DNA of 60,697 nucleotides, filler included. It is 3 parts of 3 records of this genome, joined end to end, with 100 filler letters (N's around TTAATTAATTAA, not from the genome) between each part and the next. Parts side by side here need not be neighbours in the genome. Positions count along the whole stretch, not along the records: positions 1 to 27,429 come from SRR20825006_193; 2 more parts are not named here. One strand, 5' to 3'. Under the pieces are notes generated by a model. It was given only the letters and a program-made list of their open reading frames with translations. It searched no databases and was not told the origin of the DNA. Below, one piece after another: positions 18,001 through 27,276 of the stretch; the stretch's first letter is position 1; every line of letters starts with the position of its first letter. The translations under genes and the position numbers were made by a program.

Positions 18001-19652
18001 AAATGGATCAGTTCAAATGGTTCATGGACGAATTGAGTATTGAGATGTCTAAAGCGAAAGACAAAGACATTTCGATTGAATCAGGTGTTGATTTGGCTGG
18101 GGCAAACTTCTATTCTACTCACCCAAAACAGGATTCGTTGAGTTTTAGAGCTCCGAAAGCAATTTTTGATCTAAAACAGAAAACAATTTTCTGCTCTGAT
18201 GTAGAATATATAGACATTGCGGATGCACGGATTTATCCAGATAGCATGAAATTAAACATTCGGAAAAAAGCGAAAATTGATAAATTAATGAACGCTACAA
18301 TCGTAGCGAATTATGTGACCAAATACCACCGATTCGAAAAAGCAGAAGTAGAGATTTTGGCGAAACGCGATTACAACGCAATAGGAGAATATCCGTTCTA
18401 CGATAGAGATAGCAATGTAACGTACATTTCAATGAAAGATATCGGATTGGATTCAGCGTATCAAACGAGAGCAACAGGGAAAGTGTCCCTCGAGCAAGAC
18501 TTTAAACTAAGTGAACAATTTGATTACTATGGTGATGTAGCCGTTCGTGCATCTAACTTGATGATCACGTTCAAAGGTGCTACACGAATTAATCACAGCT
18601 GTACGAAGTTCGATCGTAACTGGATGGCATTTAGCTCGGAAATCGACCCGAAAAACATTCAAATTCCTGTATTGAGTTCTATGAAGGACTTGGAAGGAAA
18701 CGCGATCTCTGCAGGGATTGTTTGGAGAGATGCAATGAACATAGACAGTTTAACATTGTATCCAACATTCTTATCTGCACTGGTGGATCCAAAGGATCCA
18801 ATTGTAATGACTTCTAGCGGTTATTTACAGTACGATGATGGAACGAAGGAATTTCAAATCGCTTCCAAAGAAAAACTAGTTAACCGTGGAGAGAAAGGAA
18901 ACTACATCGCCCTTCATACTGAAAGTTGTTCAATGAATGGAGACGGAGTAATAAACCTTGGAATGGATTACGGAGATGTAAAAGTAGATGCTGTTGGTGT
19001 TGTAAATTACAATCAAACAACGGGTGAAACTTCTATGAATATCACAGCACGTTTCGATATGGAAATGGACAAAGGTCTTATGCAAGATGTAGCTGGACGA
19101 ATTGCAGCAGTTGAAGGATTGAAAGATATGGATTTCAAATCGACGACGCTCGAACAAGCAGTCGTTGAATGGGACAACTTGAAAGCGGCGGATAAGTTGA
19201 AAGAAGAGTACGTGCAAGAAGGAAAAGTGAAGAAACTTCCGGACGGACTGGAAAAAACAATGACGATTACAGGATTGAGACTAAGTTCGTATGACAGCGA
19301 CCGTCTTCAAGATCGTGGATTGATTACAAACGTTGAATCTGCTGTTCTTGTGAGCATGTATGGTAAACCAGTAATGAAATATGTTCCAATGAAGGCATTC
19401 TTCCAAAAAACATATTCAGGTGCGAAAAGCGATAAATTTATGGTTTACATCGATATTCCTGGAGGAAGAAACTATTATTTCAACTACGAAATGGTGAAGA
19501 AAGATGGTACGATGAATATCTACACAGGCGATACAGAATTCAGCACTTCAGTGACTGCAATGAAGGAAGACAAGCGTAAAAAACGAAACTTCCTGTATCA
19601 AATTACGACAAATAGTGCATTTCTCGCTAAGTTTATGCGTTTGTACGAATAA
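15036..19652 (+). CDS. Large exported beta-rich hypothetical protein (1538 aa)
   Basis: Uninterrupted 4.6-kb ORF with a Sec signal (MMKMKLVMLLVSLIATTTAFSQ). No catalytic motif and no T9SS CTD recognised. Confidence 0.85.
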   Translation: MMKMKLVMLLVSLIATTTAFSQSFPNTRDKFSKEFQRQISEYGSGDYTDFAKKEFPALLLESSEFPDDYFAKLVETCNAMEAKRLKAYPDIYNYVFSVASFVKSRQPKASYQAWHATVDKMLSGRNVKKVEDFVDFSAGFFSEGKISTSSNHAWYYFGGSYDFVADDKDVSIQFVDGSLVCRAIASSGSNRGEAVDSLRINKTTGTYDPVLKKWVGKGGKLTWEKVGMDGNTTFAMLKGYDVSLKTSNLSVDTVELTTTYFKTPILGSLSDRAFKINREEDKVYPQFLSFERKLVIGNIIPDVDYIGGFAFQGARFIGAGTNDNPAKVTLKKGGNPFMKASSEQIMISSEKVFIEKANFLMYLKTGDSISHPGVRFDFDLTKKNVQLSRSSSGIGQAPFQDSYHKLDIYAPKILWEQGTDRITFTYEFGTSQEQRVASFESQGYFNERVYDQLLGLESLHPLVAISQYCYKYDEYVLNEGKAATALGKTVEQAKPTLLKLSSMGFISYDSESKMVAVKPKLENFVKAKAGKKDFDNIVFTSDMRPKRLDGYSPEEIQKDPFLYTLDSTYKSLTNKRMLMKEFGYLDLISLELELEAVDQVLLSETKNTVVFPDAGKVKIKENRNFMFSGWAKAGKFEIETELASFEYDGFKIKLQKTNEGLFRIRPLDKTHGTKAIPMVSSLTGLSGEILIDSPENRSGKNITHGAFPKLKSVNSSKIFYNSKDIYRGVYDSTRFYYTVEPFEMDSLNSFNEATFRLNGELVSAGIFPKIKEPLKIMQDYSFGFSTQAPKGGHPFYGTTAKYEDKIVLSNNGLQGAGKINFVNATADSKALSFLPDSTVGYATFVNRPSETGVQFPDVATEVAYITYVPQKELLKAASTPQNDLIFFDKEAKLRGTVLVTPKGMTGNGLMSFNNANLISDRFEYKRYDVSADTSSFRLQNQSGEANEDALAFKTDNVKSSVSFKTRLGTFNSNQGESKVEFPVNQYMAKMDQFKWFMDELSIEMSKAKDKDISIESGVDLAGANFYSTHPKQDSLSFRAPKAIFDLKQKTIFCSDVEYIDIADARIYPDSMKLNIRKKAKIDKLMNATIVANYVTKYHRFEKAEVEILAKRDYNAIGEYPFYDRDSNVTYISMKDIGLDSAYQTRATGKVSLEQDFKLSEQFDYYGDVAVRASNLMITFKGATRINHSCTKFDRNWMAFSSEIDPKNIQIPVLSSMKDLEGNAISAGIVWRDAMNIDSLTLYPTFLSALVDPKDPIVMTSSGYLQYDDGTKEFQIASKEKLVNRGEKGNYIALHTESCSMNGDGVINLGMDYGDVKVDAVGVVNYNQTTGETSMNITARFDMEMDKGLMQDVAGRIAAVEGLKDMDFKSTTLEQAVVEWDNLKAADKLKEEYVQEGKVKKLPDGLEKTMTITGLRLSSYDSDRLQDRGLITNVESAVLVSMYGKPVMKYVPMKAFFQKTYSGAKSDKFMVYIDIPGGRNYYFNYEMVKKDGTMNIYTGDTEFSTSVTAMKEDKRKKRNFLYQITTNSAFLAKFMRLYE

Positions 19653-19658
19653 AGTAGA

Positions 19659-20288
19659 ATGTTTGAATTTATCCTTTTTGGAGCAATAGCATATTTTTTA
19701 GGTTCCATTCCCACCGCGGTTTGGGTCGGACGTGTGTGGCACGGAATTGATGTCCGTGAGCATGGAAGTAAAAATGCTGGAGCCACAAATACATTTCGAG
19801 TCCTAGGTAAAAAATCGGGAATTACAGTGCTTTCGGTAGATATCCTCAAAGGATTCATCGCCGTGTTTCTTCCATTTGTTGTTGGTATTGGAGAATGGGG
19901 AACAGATGATTTAATTCATGTTCAGTTGGTTGCAGCGATTTGTGCCGTTTTAGGACACGTTTTTCCAGTATTTGCTGGATTTAATGGAGGAAAGGGAGTT
20001 GCAACTTCACTCGGAGTAATTATCGGGATTCAACCGTTGGCAGCAAGTCTTTGCTTGGTTGTGTTTTTAATTGTATTCATCAGTTCGAAATACGTTTCGC
20101 TCGGAGCAATCTGCGCAGCGATCTGTTTTCCCATTTTGGTTAACGTAGTTTTTGGGATTACATCCAACTGGTTGATGGTTTTTAGCATCGTACTTTCTTC
20201 CGCAGTAATCATTGCACATCACAAGAATATTCGCCGTTTATTAACCGGCCAAGAAAACAAAATGAACCTTTTTAAGAATAAAGCGTAA
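19659..20288 (+). CDS. plsY: Glycerol-3-phosphate 1-O-acyltransferase
   Basis: YFLGSIP, GSKNAGATN, DILKG, GHVFPVF..FNGGKGVAT and HHKNIRRL...E. Confidence 0.96.
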   Translation: MFEFILFGAIAYFLGSIPTAVWVGRVWHGIDVREHGSKNAGATNTFRVLGKKSGITVLSVDILKGFIAVFLPFVVGIGEWGTDDLIHVQLVAAICAVLGHVFPVFAGFNGGKGVATSLGVIIGIQPLAASLCLVVFLIVFISSKYVSLGAICAAICFPILVNVVFGITSNWLMVFSIVLSSAVIIAHHKNIRRLLTGQENKMNLFKNKA

Positions 20289-20323
20289 TAGCTTGAGAGA
20301 TAAAATCATACGTAGATACGTAG

Positions 20324-23300
20324 TTGAGGTTAATATTACATAGCGCACATGTCCTTTTGTTTTTGATTATCTCTGTCCTTTCTTTTGGACAGGATGCAGA
20401 AAAAAAGGAAGAAGCGGACAAGCTATTTGAAAAAGAACAGTATGTCGACGCTACGCAATCCTTTTTGCAATTATTTTCCCTCGATCCAACCAATGTTGAC
20501 CTTAATTTTAAGTATGGCGCTTGCTTACTGTTCAATTCAGAAAAAAAGGAAAAAGCCATTCCTTACTTGAGTTATGCCGTTTCATCAGAATCTGTCGATA
20601 CACGAGCGTACTACTTTTTAGGGAAAGCATATCACCTCAATTATCAGTTCGAAGATGCGCGGAAGATGTATCAGAAGTATCAACAGAAAACAGCCAAGCG
20701 TGATTTGCGCTATACCGTAGATCGCGATATAGAAATGTGCGAGAATGGAAAAAATCTGCTGAGTACGTTCACGGACATTATTGTTTCAGAGAAAAAGGAA
20801 ATTGATCAAGATAAGTTCTTCAGAATTTACAAGGATATGGAGAGCATTGGAGGACAAATTCTCGTAACTGAGCGGTTCCAAAGTAAACTGGATAGGAAAA
20901 AAGGATATGTTCCCATCGTTCATTTTCCCGCACAAGCAAAGTCGGTGTATTATGCAAGCTACGGAGATGACGAGAAATCAGGACTCGATATTTATGTACG
21001 AAGAAAGTTACCAAGTGGTGAATGGGGAGATCCGCAATTGCTTCCTGGTGATGTAAATACTCCATACGATGAAAACTTTCCATACCTACATCCAAGCGGG
21101 AATTATTTGTATTTCAGTTCGAAGGGACATAACTCAATGGGAGGCTATGATGTTTTCATGGCACGATTGAATGTTGAAACGAACCAATTTGAACGGGTTG
21201 AAAATGTTGATTTTGCCATTAGTTCTCCAGACGATGATCTATTCTATGTAGTCGATTCGCTGTATCAAAATGCGTATTTCGCGTCAGCTAGACAAAGTCA
21301 AGATGGGAAGATTCACGTCTACCGCGTTAAAGTGGCAAGAGTGCCGATTAAAGAAGTGATAGTAATGGGAGATTTTCTTTCGGAAATCAATCCTGAGAAT
21401 AAAAGCATGCAGATTTCTGTGGTCAATGTTGCCGACGGAAAAGAAGTAGGAACCATTAAATCCAATCCAAAAGGGAAATATTCCTTCGTTTTTCCAAAGG
21501 GAGGAAAGTACACGTACGTCATTGAAGTGGATGGAAGCGATATCACGACGCGCGTAGATCTCGAATTACCTTTCTTGGATGAATTCCGTCCGCTCAAACA
21601 AAAAGTGTTGCACAAAACGATCAATGGAGAAGAAGTGGTGCAAATTGTCAACTTATTTGATGAAAAAGTAGATGGAGGAGAAGCGTTAATTGCTCAGGTC
21701 ATAAAACGCAAGGCAAATCTTGAAGTAAATATTGATCAGTTTGATCCGAAGGAGCTAGCTGCATTCGAATTAAGTGTAAAAAGAGGAGAAATTCTAGAAG
21801 ACCTCGGGTTAAAAGGAATGTCCTCACGAGAAGTGGCCGTTCAGTTGGAAACAATCGCCGAGAAACAAGAGTTGCGAAACGATCAGGCGAGCATGATTTT
21901 GAATTATATCGATGCACAAACGATTAAAACGGCGGCAACGATTGAAGGTTTGATGGAAGAGCGAAAAGCACTAGTGGAAGACGCAAACGCAGCGACCGAT
22001 CCAGTAATCAAGTATGAAAAACTCAGTGAAGTAAAGAAAATAGAAGAACAGATCAAGCGTCTTTCTGACGAGATTGCTGCCGGTGAAATCCTCTCGAAAG
22101 AAACTACAAGTATGACATCCTTGGAAGGGAATTCGCTAAACGAGTTATCCGAGAAATTTAACGAATTACTCAAGGACGATAAAGAAAATGAAGCACTCGA
22201 TCTTCTTGCTCTGAACGCAGCCAAGGTAAATGTGGCAAGAAATCAATCGCTTGAAGTAATGGTGAGCAAACGTGTGGATGAAAGCATTGCACTCAACAAG
22301 GAAATGTATGGTCTGCAGGCTAAGAATCTCGATTATGAGCGAAAAGTTCAACAATTAAACAGTGAAATTCAAGCGATGGATTCTAAGTTACCAGATGCGA
22401 AGAAAAAGGAATACGAAGCATTGAAAACTGAGATCGAGGCGAAGAAAAAGGAAGTGGAGCTATATCAGTCTGAGATAAAACTCAACAAAGAAGATCTAGA
22501 GTCTTTGAATCGCAAGCAAGCACAGTTAACTGCAGCAATTGATTTACTAGAAAAAGCAAAGGGAAATACACAAGCGATCGCGAAATCTAGTGAAGCCGAA
22601 GTGAAAAAAGCAGTAGAAAGTGGACTCTCTGCGGATAAAGTGATTGCAAAAAGTGATGTAACGAAACAAATTGAGCAATTAGAATTATCGGGCGTTACCA
22701 ATCCAGAGAATCCTACTAAAAACGAAACAATCGCGCTTTTTGATGAGCTAAAATCTCAGAATAATCAATCGGAAAAGGAGATTTTGAGCAATAATAAACT
22801 TTCGGAAGAGGAAAAATTGGAAGCGTTGCTAAAAAACAATTCGGCTGTTTCTGATGAGTTAAATGGAGCAATTCAAACGTTACAAGACAAATTAATAAGC
22901 GATCCTGAGAATATTCAGGTATTGGAAGAACAATCCAAACTCGTAGCTTACCGTGGAGAAATTGATCTTAAAAGGGAAGAATATCAGCAAGAGTTAGCAA
23001 GTCTTCAAGGGACACAAAACGAAGTGGTAGCAACGAGAGAAGAAATCCTCAGCGAATTGGCTCCAAATTATTCCGAAGCTGTTAGTTCAATTAATTCGAA
23101 TCAGACCATTTCGAAATTGGAGAAGTTAGAGCAGCTGCAAACACAGGATCAGGCACTTTTGTCAAAGGTCGAGAGTAAATTGACGGTAGTCAATAGTCAG
23201 TTGGGAAGTAACCCGAAAGATGCCGAACTTTTAGCAACTAAAAAGGTTTTAGAAGGTATCCAAAGTGAACAACAAGAAGCTATTCGCGCTCGTGCAGATG

Positions 23301-26300
23301 AGATTTCTTCGCTCAAACAAGGAACACCTGTCGTTGCTCGAAGTCAAGAAGAGGTTACAGAATCGCTGATCGCAAACTTTACGGATGACGTTCAGAAAGT
23401 GAAAGAAAATCCATCGTTAAGCGAACTAGAAAAATTGAAACAACTTCAATCTTTGGATAACAGCTTGCTCGCGAAAATTGAAAAAGAACTCGAGGTACAG
23501 AATAAAAAACTAGATAAAAACCCTTCGGATGCCCAAGTGAAGGCGCAGATAAATGAGTTAGAAAGTTTACAGAGAATCGTAGAAAGTAGAGTGGAGGAGC
23601 AAACCCAAACCATCAATGCGCTGAATCAAGTTTCGTCGGTAGATACACCTGACTTAGTTGTGATTGAAGGAGATTTGAAGTCAGAAATATATGCTGATTA
23701 CGAAGCGAAAATGACCGAAATCAACAATTCCGAAGGAGATCAGACTGAAAGAGCTGTTCAAAAATGGGAATTTGAAAGAGAAGTGTTGGACCGATTGGAT
23801 GAAAAAAGCAACGCAGTTTCGAAGAAAATCGCGAAAGATGGAGAGACCGCACAATTGAAAGCCGAGCGAGAAGTGATTACAAAACTGCTGACCGAGCAAA
23901 ATGCAAAATTGGATGCAGCGCAACAAAGTGCGTTTGAAAATGCAATAAGTTCTGAAGATTACAACGAACTCATTTCAAATGTTGATCCAACATACGAGCG
24001 CGAGATAGAAACGGCGAAAAACGCAAATTCTGTCAATGAAGTCGTTGAGCGTGAAGCAGAATTACAGGAAAAAATCACCAAAGAAATTGAGAAGAAAGAG
24101 AAAAGTTTGCAGCGAAAATACTCGGTAACTGTGGAACTCGATTTGATGATGCTCCGAAATGAATTGGCGGAAAGCAACACGCGACAAGAAGCTGCGAAAG
24201 ATGGAAACTCAACAGTTTCAACTCCGCAAGAAAAGCAACGTTTTGTGGATGAACTCAGAAATGAACTCATTCCATCCAATCCAGAGGAGATTAATGCGAC
24301 ATATTCAACGAAGGCTGAGTTAGAGAAGCAAGTTCAAATATTGGAGGAATATCAGACAAAACTGACCAAGAAAGTTGACGAACTTCGCACTGAGCAAAAA
24401 GAAGAGCCTACGAGCTCAGAATTGAAAGATCAACTCTCGTGGACTGAAAACGAATTATCCGAAGTGACCAAAAAGCTCAGAACAGCACGCGTGCTAATAG
24501 GCGATCTCGAACAGCAATCCATAGCAGACAACTCTGAAAATAGCGCATTGGAAACTCAGGTGAAAACGATAGAAAGACAACTTTCCAGCGATCAACTTTC
24601 GAATAGTGAACGAAAATCACTCGAAAAAGAGCTAAGAACGGCAAAAACGGAATGGGTGAATGAGCAAAATAAATCACTCACAGAGCAACTCCAAGTGGAA
24701 CAAGTTTCTTCGGAGGAATTGAGCGCGAACATTGCAAAGAGAAATCCAGAAATGAAGAGCGAAGTAGAATCAGCTACGCATTCTGGCAAAACGTATGTTG
24801 ACCTAACAGAAGACAAAGCACAAGCTGCAAAATCTCCAGAAGAGAAAAACTATTTACTCGAACAAGCGCGCAAAGATCAACAGGAAATTTCGGATTTGTT
24901 GGCTGAAATCGATCAAGCAGGAAAAATCGAAGAGCTCGAAGCTTCTCAGAACATTACAATTTCCTCGCGAGAAGATTTGGAAGCGCAACAACGCAAATAC
25001 AGCATTCAAGTGGGCATTTTGGAAACGGAACTCATTGCGAACGAGAAAGCAATGGAAACCGCGAAAAAAGGGGAGTTGCTGAATTTGCAAGCCAATCAGG
25101 AGCGCATTGAAGATCAACTTAAACTGATTACAAAAGAGCTGAAACAAATAGATCGTCGCCTTGAGAAACTAGAAGAAAGAGCGCCGTTAATCCCAACAAA
25201 AGCAGTAGATCAAACAGTTTCTTTCAATGAGGAGCGTAAGATCGCGGGGTCTGATGAATATAAAGCGTACGTCGAATTGGCACGTGAGGCATTGGCTATC
25301 GAGAATCAAATTGCTATTTTAGAGAAAGAATTGGAAAAAGAGCGATCTGCACTCAGAAATTCAATAAGCTCAAAGGAGAACAACGATGCTGAGATCCAGT
25401 TGAAAGTTCAACGAATCACACAATTGGAGTCAAAAATTAGTGGACTTGAGTTAGAAATGAATCAAAAAAGAGCATTGGCAGACGCTCAGTTACCAAGAGA
25501 TGAAGAACGAGCTATGAGAATACAAAACCTTCTTGCACGTGGAATTCAACCCATAAAAACAACGATTGTTGCTACGGCATTATTCAATATGCCAGAAACA
25601 GGCTTTGCAATTGATAGCATCGCTACAAAAAGTGTTTATTCGACAGAAAACCCAATCCCAGTTGATGTTAAGTCGCCTGAAGGATTGGTGTATCGCGTAC
25701 AGGTAGGAGCTTTTGCGCGACCGATTCCTCAAGATTTATTCAAAGAGTTTAATCCTGTTTCTGGAGAGAAAATCGATAATACGAATATTACGCGCTACAT
25801 GGCGGGTTATTTCAACAATGGCGATGCAGTAATTGATGCACGTGAAAAAATTAGAAATTTAGGCTATAATGATGCCTTCGTAGTTGCGTATTGCAATGGC
25901 GAGCGTGTTTCATTCAGTGAGGCTCGAAGATTGGAGGCCGCAGGAATTTGTATTCCAAAGCGCGCTAACGAAATCATGATTCAAGTTGCGGAAAACACAG
26001 CGGACAAACTCGGAATTCCATTGGTCACAGAAATTGTTGAAGTTCCAGAATGGAGTTACCATGACGCGCCAGGTGCGGTGAAAGCAACGCCTACCGAAGC
26101 AATCAAAGGTTTATTCTTTACGGTGCAAATTGCGGTGTTTAACAAGCCTGTTTCAGACGAAGAGGTGAAGAATCTCCCGGAAATCATTACATATCGCTTA
26201 GAAAATGGTCAAATTCGTTACTCAACGGGCAAATTCAACTCTGTGCAGGAGGCACTACCGAGAAGAACGGAAGCGCTAAGTCGCGGAATGGTTGGTTCAT

Positions 26301-26953
26301 TCGTAACAGCCTATTACAACGGTCAACGAATTTCAATCACCGAAGCACGCAAGTTGCTAGAGAAGAATGGACCGTCTATTTTGGCGAGTAATCAAGAAGA
26401 AGAAATTGTAGAGGAAATCGTGACTCCAACGAATGTTGTTAGAACCGATTCTGTTACAAAAGTAGTGGTGGAATTACCTGTGAGATCAGAGAAAACAGAA
26501 CGACTCCGAGTACAAGTGGTGTCTAAGAAAAAGTACGATGAATATCCACGAGATATTTTGAATCGTTTCAATACCGAAGGGAATTTCTATTATGATCTGA
26601 ATGATAATCGCGTGAAATCCGTGATTTATGAAAACGTAGATTATTTGCCACGATTGTACAATTTCCGTGATGCGATCGACACTGTGTTTATCTCTCAGGA
26701 AGATTATTGGGCGTCCTTAAATAAAAAGATGATTGTGATTCAGAGAACGGATAGCATAATCTCTGGCGATTTCATGGATTGGCTCATTCGATTAAATTAT
26801 CAAAAGGAAATTAAGCTTACGGAGCAGGGAAGTGAAATAGTCATTCGAGGAATTGAACCAAGTGCATTGGTAGAAGTACAAAACAATATCCGTATCTTTG
26901 ATCAACCATTTGAGGTGGTAGATGAATTAGAACATGAAGTAATACAAGAATAA
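20324..26953 (+). CDS. Giant exported protein (2209 aa): TPR + PD40 beta-propeller + carboxypeptidase-regulatory-like domain + long coiled-coil/helical repeats + two SPOR-like domains
   Basis: TTG start with signal peptide. TPR-like YYFLGKAYHLNYQFEDA; PD40-like VNTPYDENFPYLHPSGNYLYFSSKGHNSMGGYDVF; roughly 1250 aa E/K/L/Q-rich helical middle; YRVQVGAF...AFVVAYCNGERV and FTVQIAVF...SFVTAYYNGQRI modules. Confidence 0.8.
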   Translation: MRLILHSAHVLLFLIISVLSFGQDAEKKEEADKLFEKEQYVDATQSFLQLFSLDPTNVDLNFKYGACLLFNSEKKEKAIPYLSYAVSSESVDTRAYYFLGKAYHLNYQFEDARKMYQKYQQKTAKRDLRYTVDRDIEMCENGKNLLSTFTDIIVSEKKEIDQDKFFRIYKDMESIGGQILVTERFQSKLDRKKGYVPIVHFPAQAKSVYYASYGDDEKSGLDIYVRRKLPSGEWGDPQLLPGDVNTPYDENFPYLHPSGNYLYFSSKGHNSMGGYDVFMARLNVETNQFERVENVDFAISSPDDDLFYVVDSLYQNAYFASARQSQDGKIHVYRVKVARVPIKEVIVMGDFLSEINPENKSMQISVVNVADGKEVGTIKSNPKGKYSFVFPKGGKYTYVIEVDGSDITTRVDLELPFLDEFRPLKQKVLHKTINGEEVVQIVNLFDEKVDGGEALIAQVIKRKANLEVNIDQFDPKELAAFELSVKRGEILEDLGLKGMSSREVAVQLETIAEKQELRNDQASMILNYIDAQTIKTAATIEGLMEERKALVEDANAATDPVIKYEKLSEVKKIEEQIKRLSDEIAAGEILSKETTSMTSLEGNSLNELSEKFNELLKDDKENEALDLLALNAAKVNVARNQSLEVMVSKRVDESIALNKEMYGLQAKNLDYERKVQQLNSEIQAMDSKLPDAKKKEYEALKTEIEAKKKEVELYQSEIKLNKEDLESLNRKQAQLTAAIDLLEKAKGNTQAIAKSSEAEVKKAVESGLSADKVIAKSDVTKQIEQLELSGVTNPENPTKNETIALFDELKSQNNQSEKEILSNNKLSEEEKLEALLKNNSAVSDELNGAIQTLQDKLISDPENIQVLEEQSKLVAYRGEIDLKREEYQQELASLQGTQNEVVATREEILSELAPNYSEAVSSINSNQTISKLEKLEQLQTQDQALLSKVESKLTVVNSQLGSNPKDAELLATKKVLEGIQSEQQEAIRARADEISSLKQGTPVVARSQEEVTESLIANFTDDVQKVKENPSLSELEKLKQLQSLDNSLLAKIEKELEVQNKKLDKNPSDAQVKAQINELESLQRIVESRVEEQTQTINALNQVSSVDTPDLVVIEGDLKSEIYADYEAKMTEINNSEGDQTERAVQKWEFEREVLDRLDEKSNAVSKKIAKDGETAQLKAEREVITKLLTEQNAKLDAAQQSAFENAISSEDYNELISNVDPTYEREIETAKNANSVNEVVEREAELQEKITKEIEKKEKSLQRKYSVTVELDLMMLRNELAESNTRQEAAKDGNSTVSTPQEKQRFVDELRNELIPSNPEEINATYSTKAELEKQVQILEEYQTKLTKKVDELRTEQKEEPTSSELKDQLSWTENELSEVTKKLRTARVLIGDLEQQSIADNSENSALETQVKTIERQLSSDQLSNSERKSLEKELRTAKTEWVNEQNKSLTEQLQVEQVSSEELSANIAKRNPEMKSEVESATHSGKTYVDLTEDKAQAAKSPEEKNYLLEQARKDQQEISDLLAEIDQAGKIEELEASQNITISSREDLEAQQRKYSIQVGILETELIANEKAMETAKKGELLNLQANQERIEDQLKLITKELKQIDRRLEKLEERAPLIPTKAVDQTVSFNEERKIAGSDEYKAYVELAREALAIENQIAILEKELEKERSALRNSISSKENNDAEIQLKVQRITQLESKISGLELEMNQKRALADAQLPRDEERAMRIQNLLARGIQPIKTTIVATALFNMPETGFAIDSIATKSVYSTENPIPVDVKSPEGLVYRVQVGAFARPIPQDLFKEFNPVSGEKIDNTNITRYMAGYFNNGDAVIDAREKIRNLGYNDAFVVAYCNGERVSFSEARRLEAAGICIPKRANEIMIQVAENTADKLGIPLVTEIVEVPEWSYHDAPGAVKATPTEAIKGLFFTVQIAVFNKPVSDEEVKNLPEIITYRLENGQIRYSTGKFNSVQEALPRRTEALSRGMVGSFVTAYYNGQRISITEARKLLEKNGPSILASNQEEEIVEEIVTPTNVVRTDSVTKVVVELPVRSEKTERLRVQVVSKKKYDEYPRDILNRFNTEGNFYYDLNDNRVKSVIYENVDYLPRLYNFRDAIDTVFISQEDYWASLNKKMIVIQRTDSIISGDFMDWLIRLNYQKEIKLTEQGSEIVIRGIEPSALVEVQNNIRIFDQPFEVVDELEHEVIQE

Positions 26954-27231
26954 TGGCAGAAGTAGAAATTGATGTTTTGGAGGAGTTATTGTCCGTAGAA
27001 CAAATTGTTGACAGCAAGGATTTAATTGTCTATAATGATGATTTCAACACGTTTGACCATGTTATCGAGTCACTAATTAAGGTATGTAAACACGACTCAG
27101 TTCAAGCTGAGCAATGTACGTTTATTGTTCACTATAAGGGTAAGTGTCAGGTAAAAAGAGGAGATTGGGACACGTTAGAACCGATGTGCACGGCATTATT
27201 GGAGCGAGGGATCTCAGCAGAAATTGAATAA
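26953..27231 (+). CDS. clpS: ATP-dependent Clp protease adaptor
   Basis: LIVYNDDFNTFDHVI...QAEQCTFIVHYKGKC motif; TAATG overlap with the upstream stop. Confidence 0.94.
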   Translation: MAEVEIDVLEELLSVEQIVDSKDLIVYNDDFNTFDHVIESLIKVCKHDSVQAEQCTFIVHYKGKCQVKRGDWDTLEPMCTALLERGISAEIE

Positions 27232-27268
27232 ATCTCGTTGATTCTATTGTCAAAAAGAAAAAACTCAG

Positions 27269-27276
27269 TATATTTG
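27269..27276 (+). promoter_or_regulatory. Bacteroidota -7 promoter element (TATATTTG) for the tRNA transcript
   Basis: Exact TAnnTTTG match about 108 nt upstream of tRNA-Arg, with TTG about 20 nt further upstream. Confidence 0.6.
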
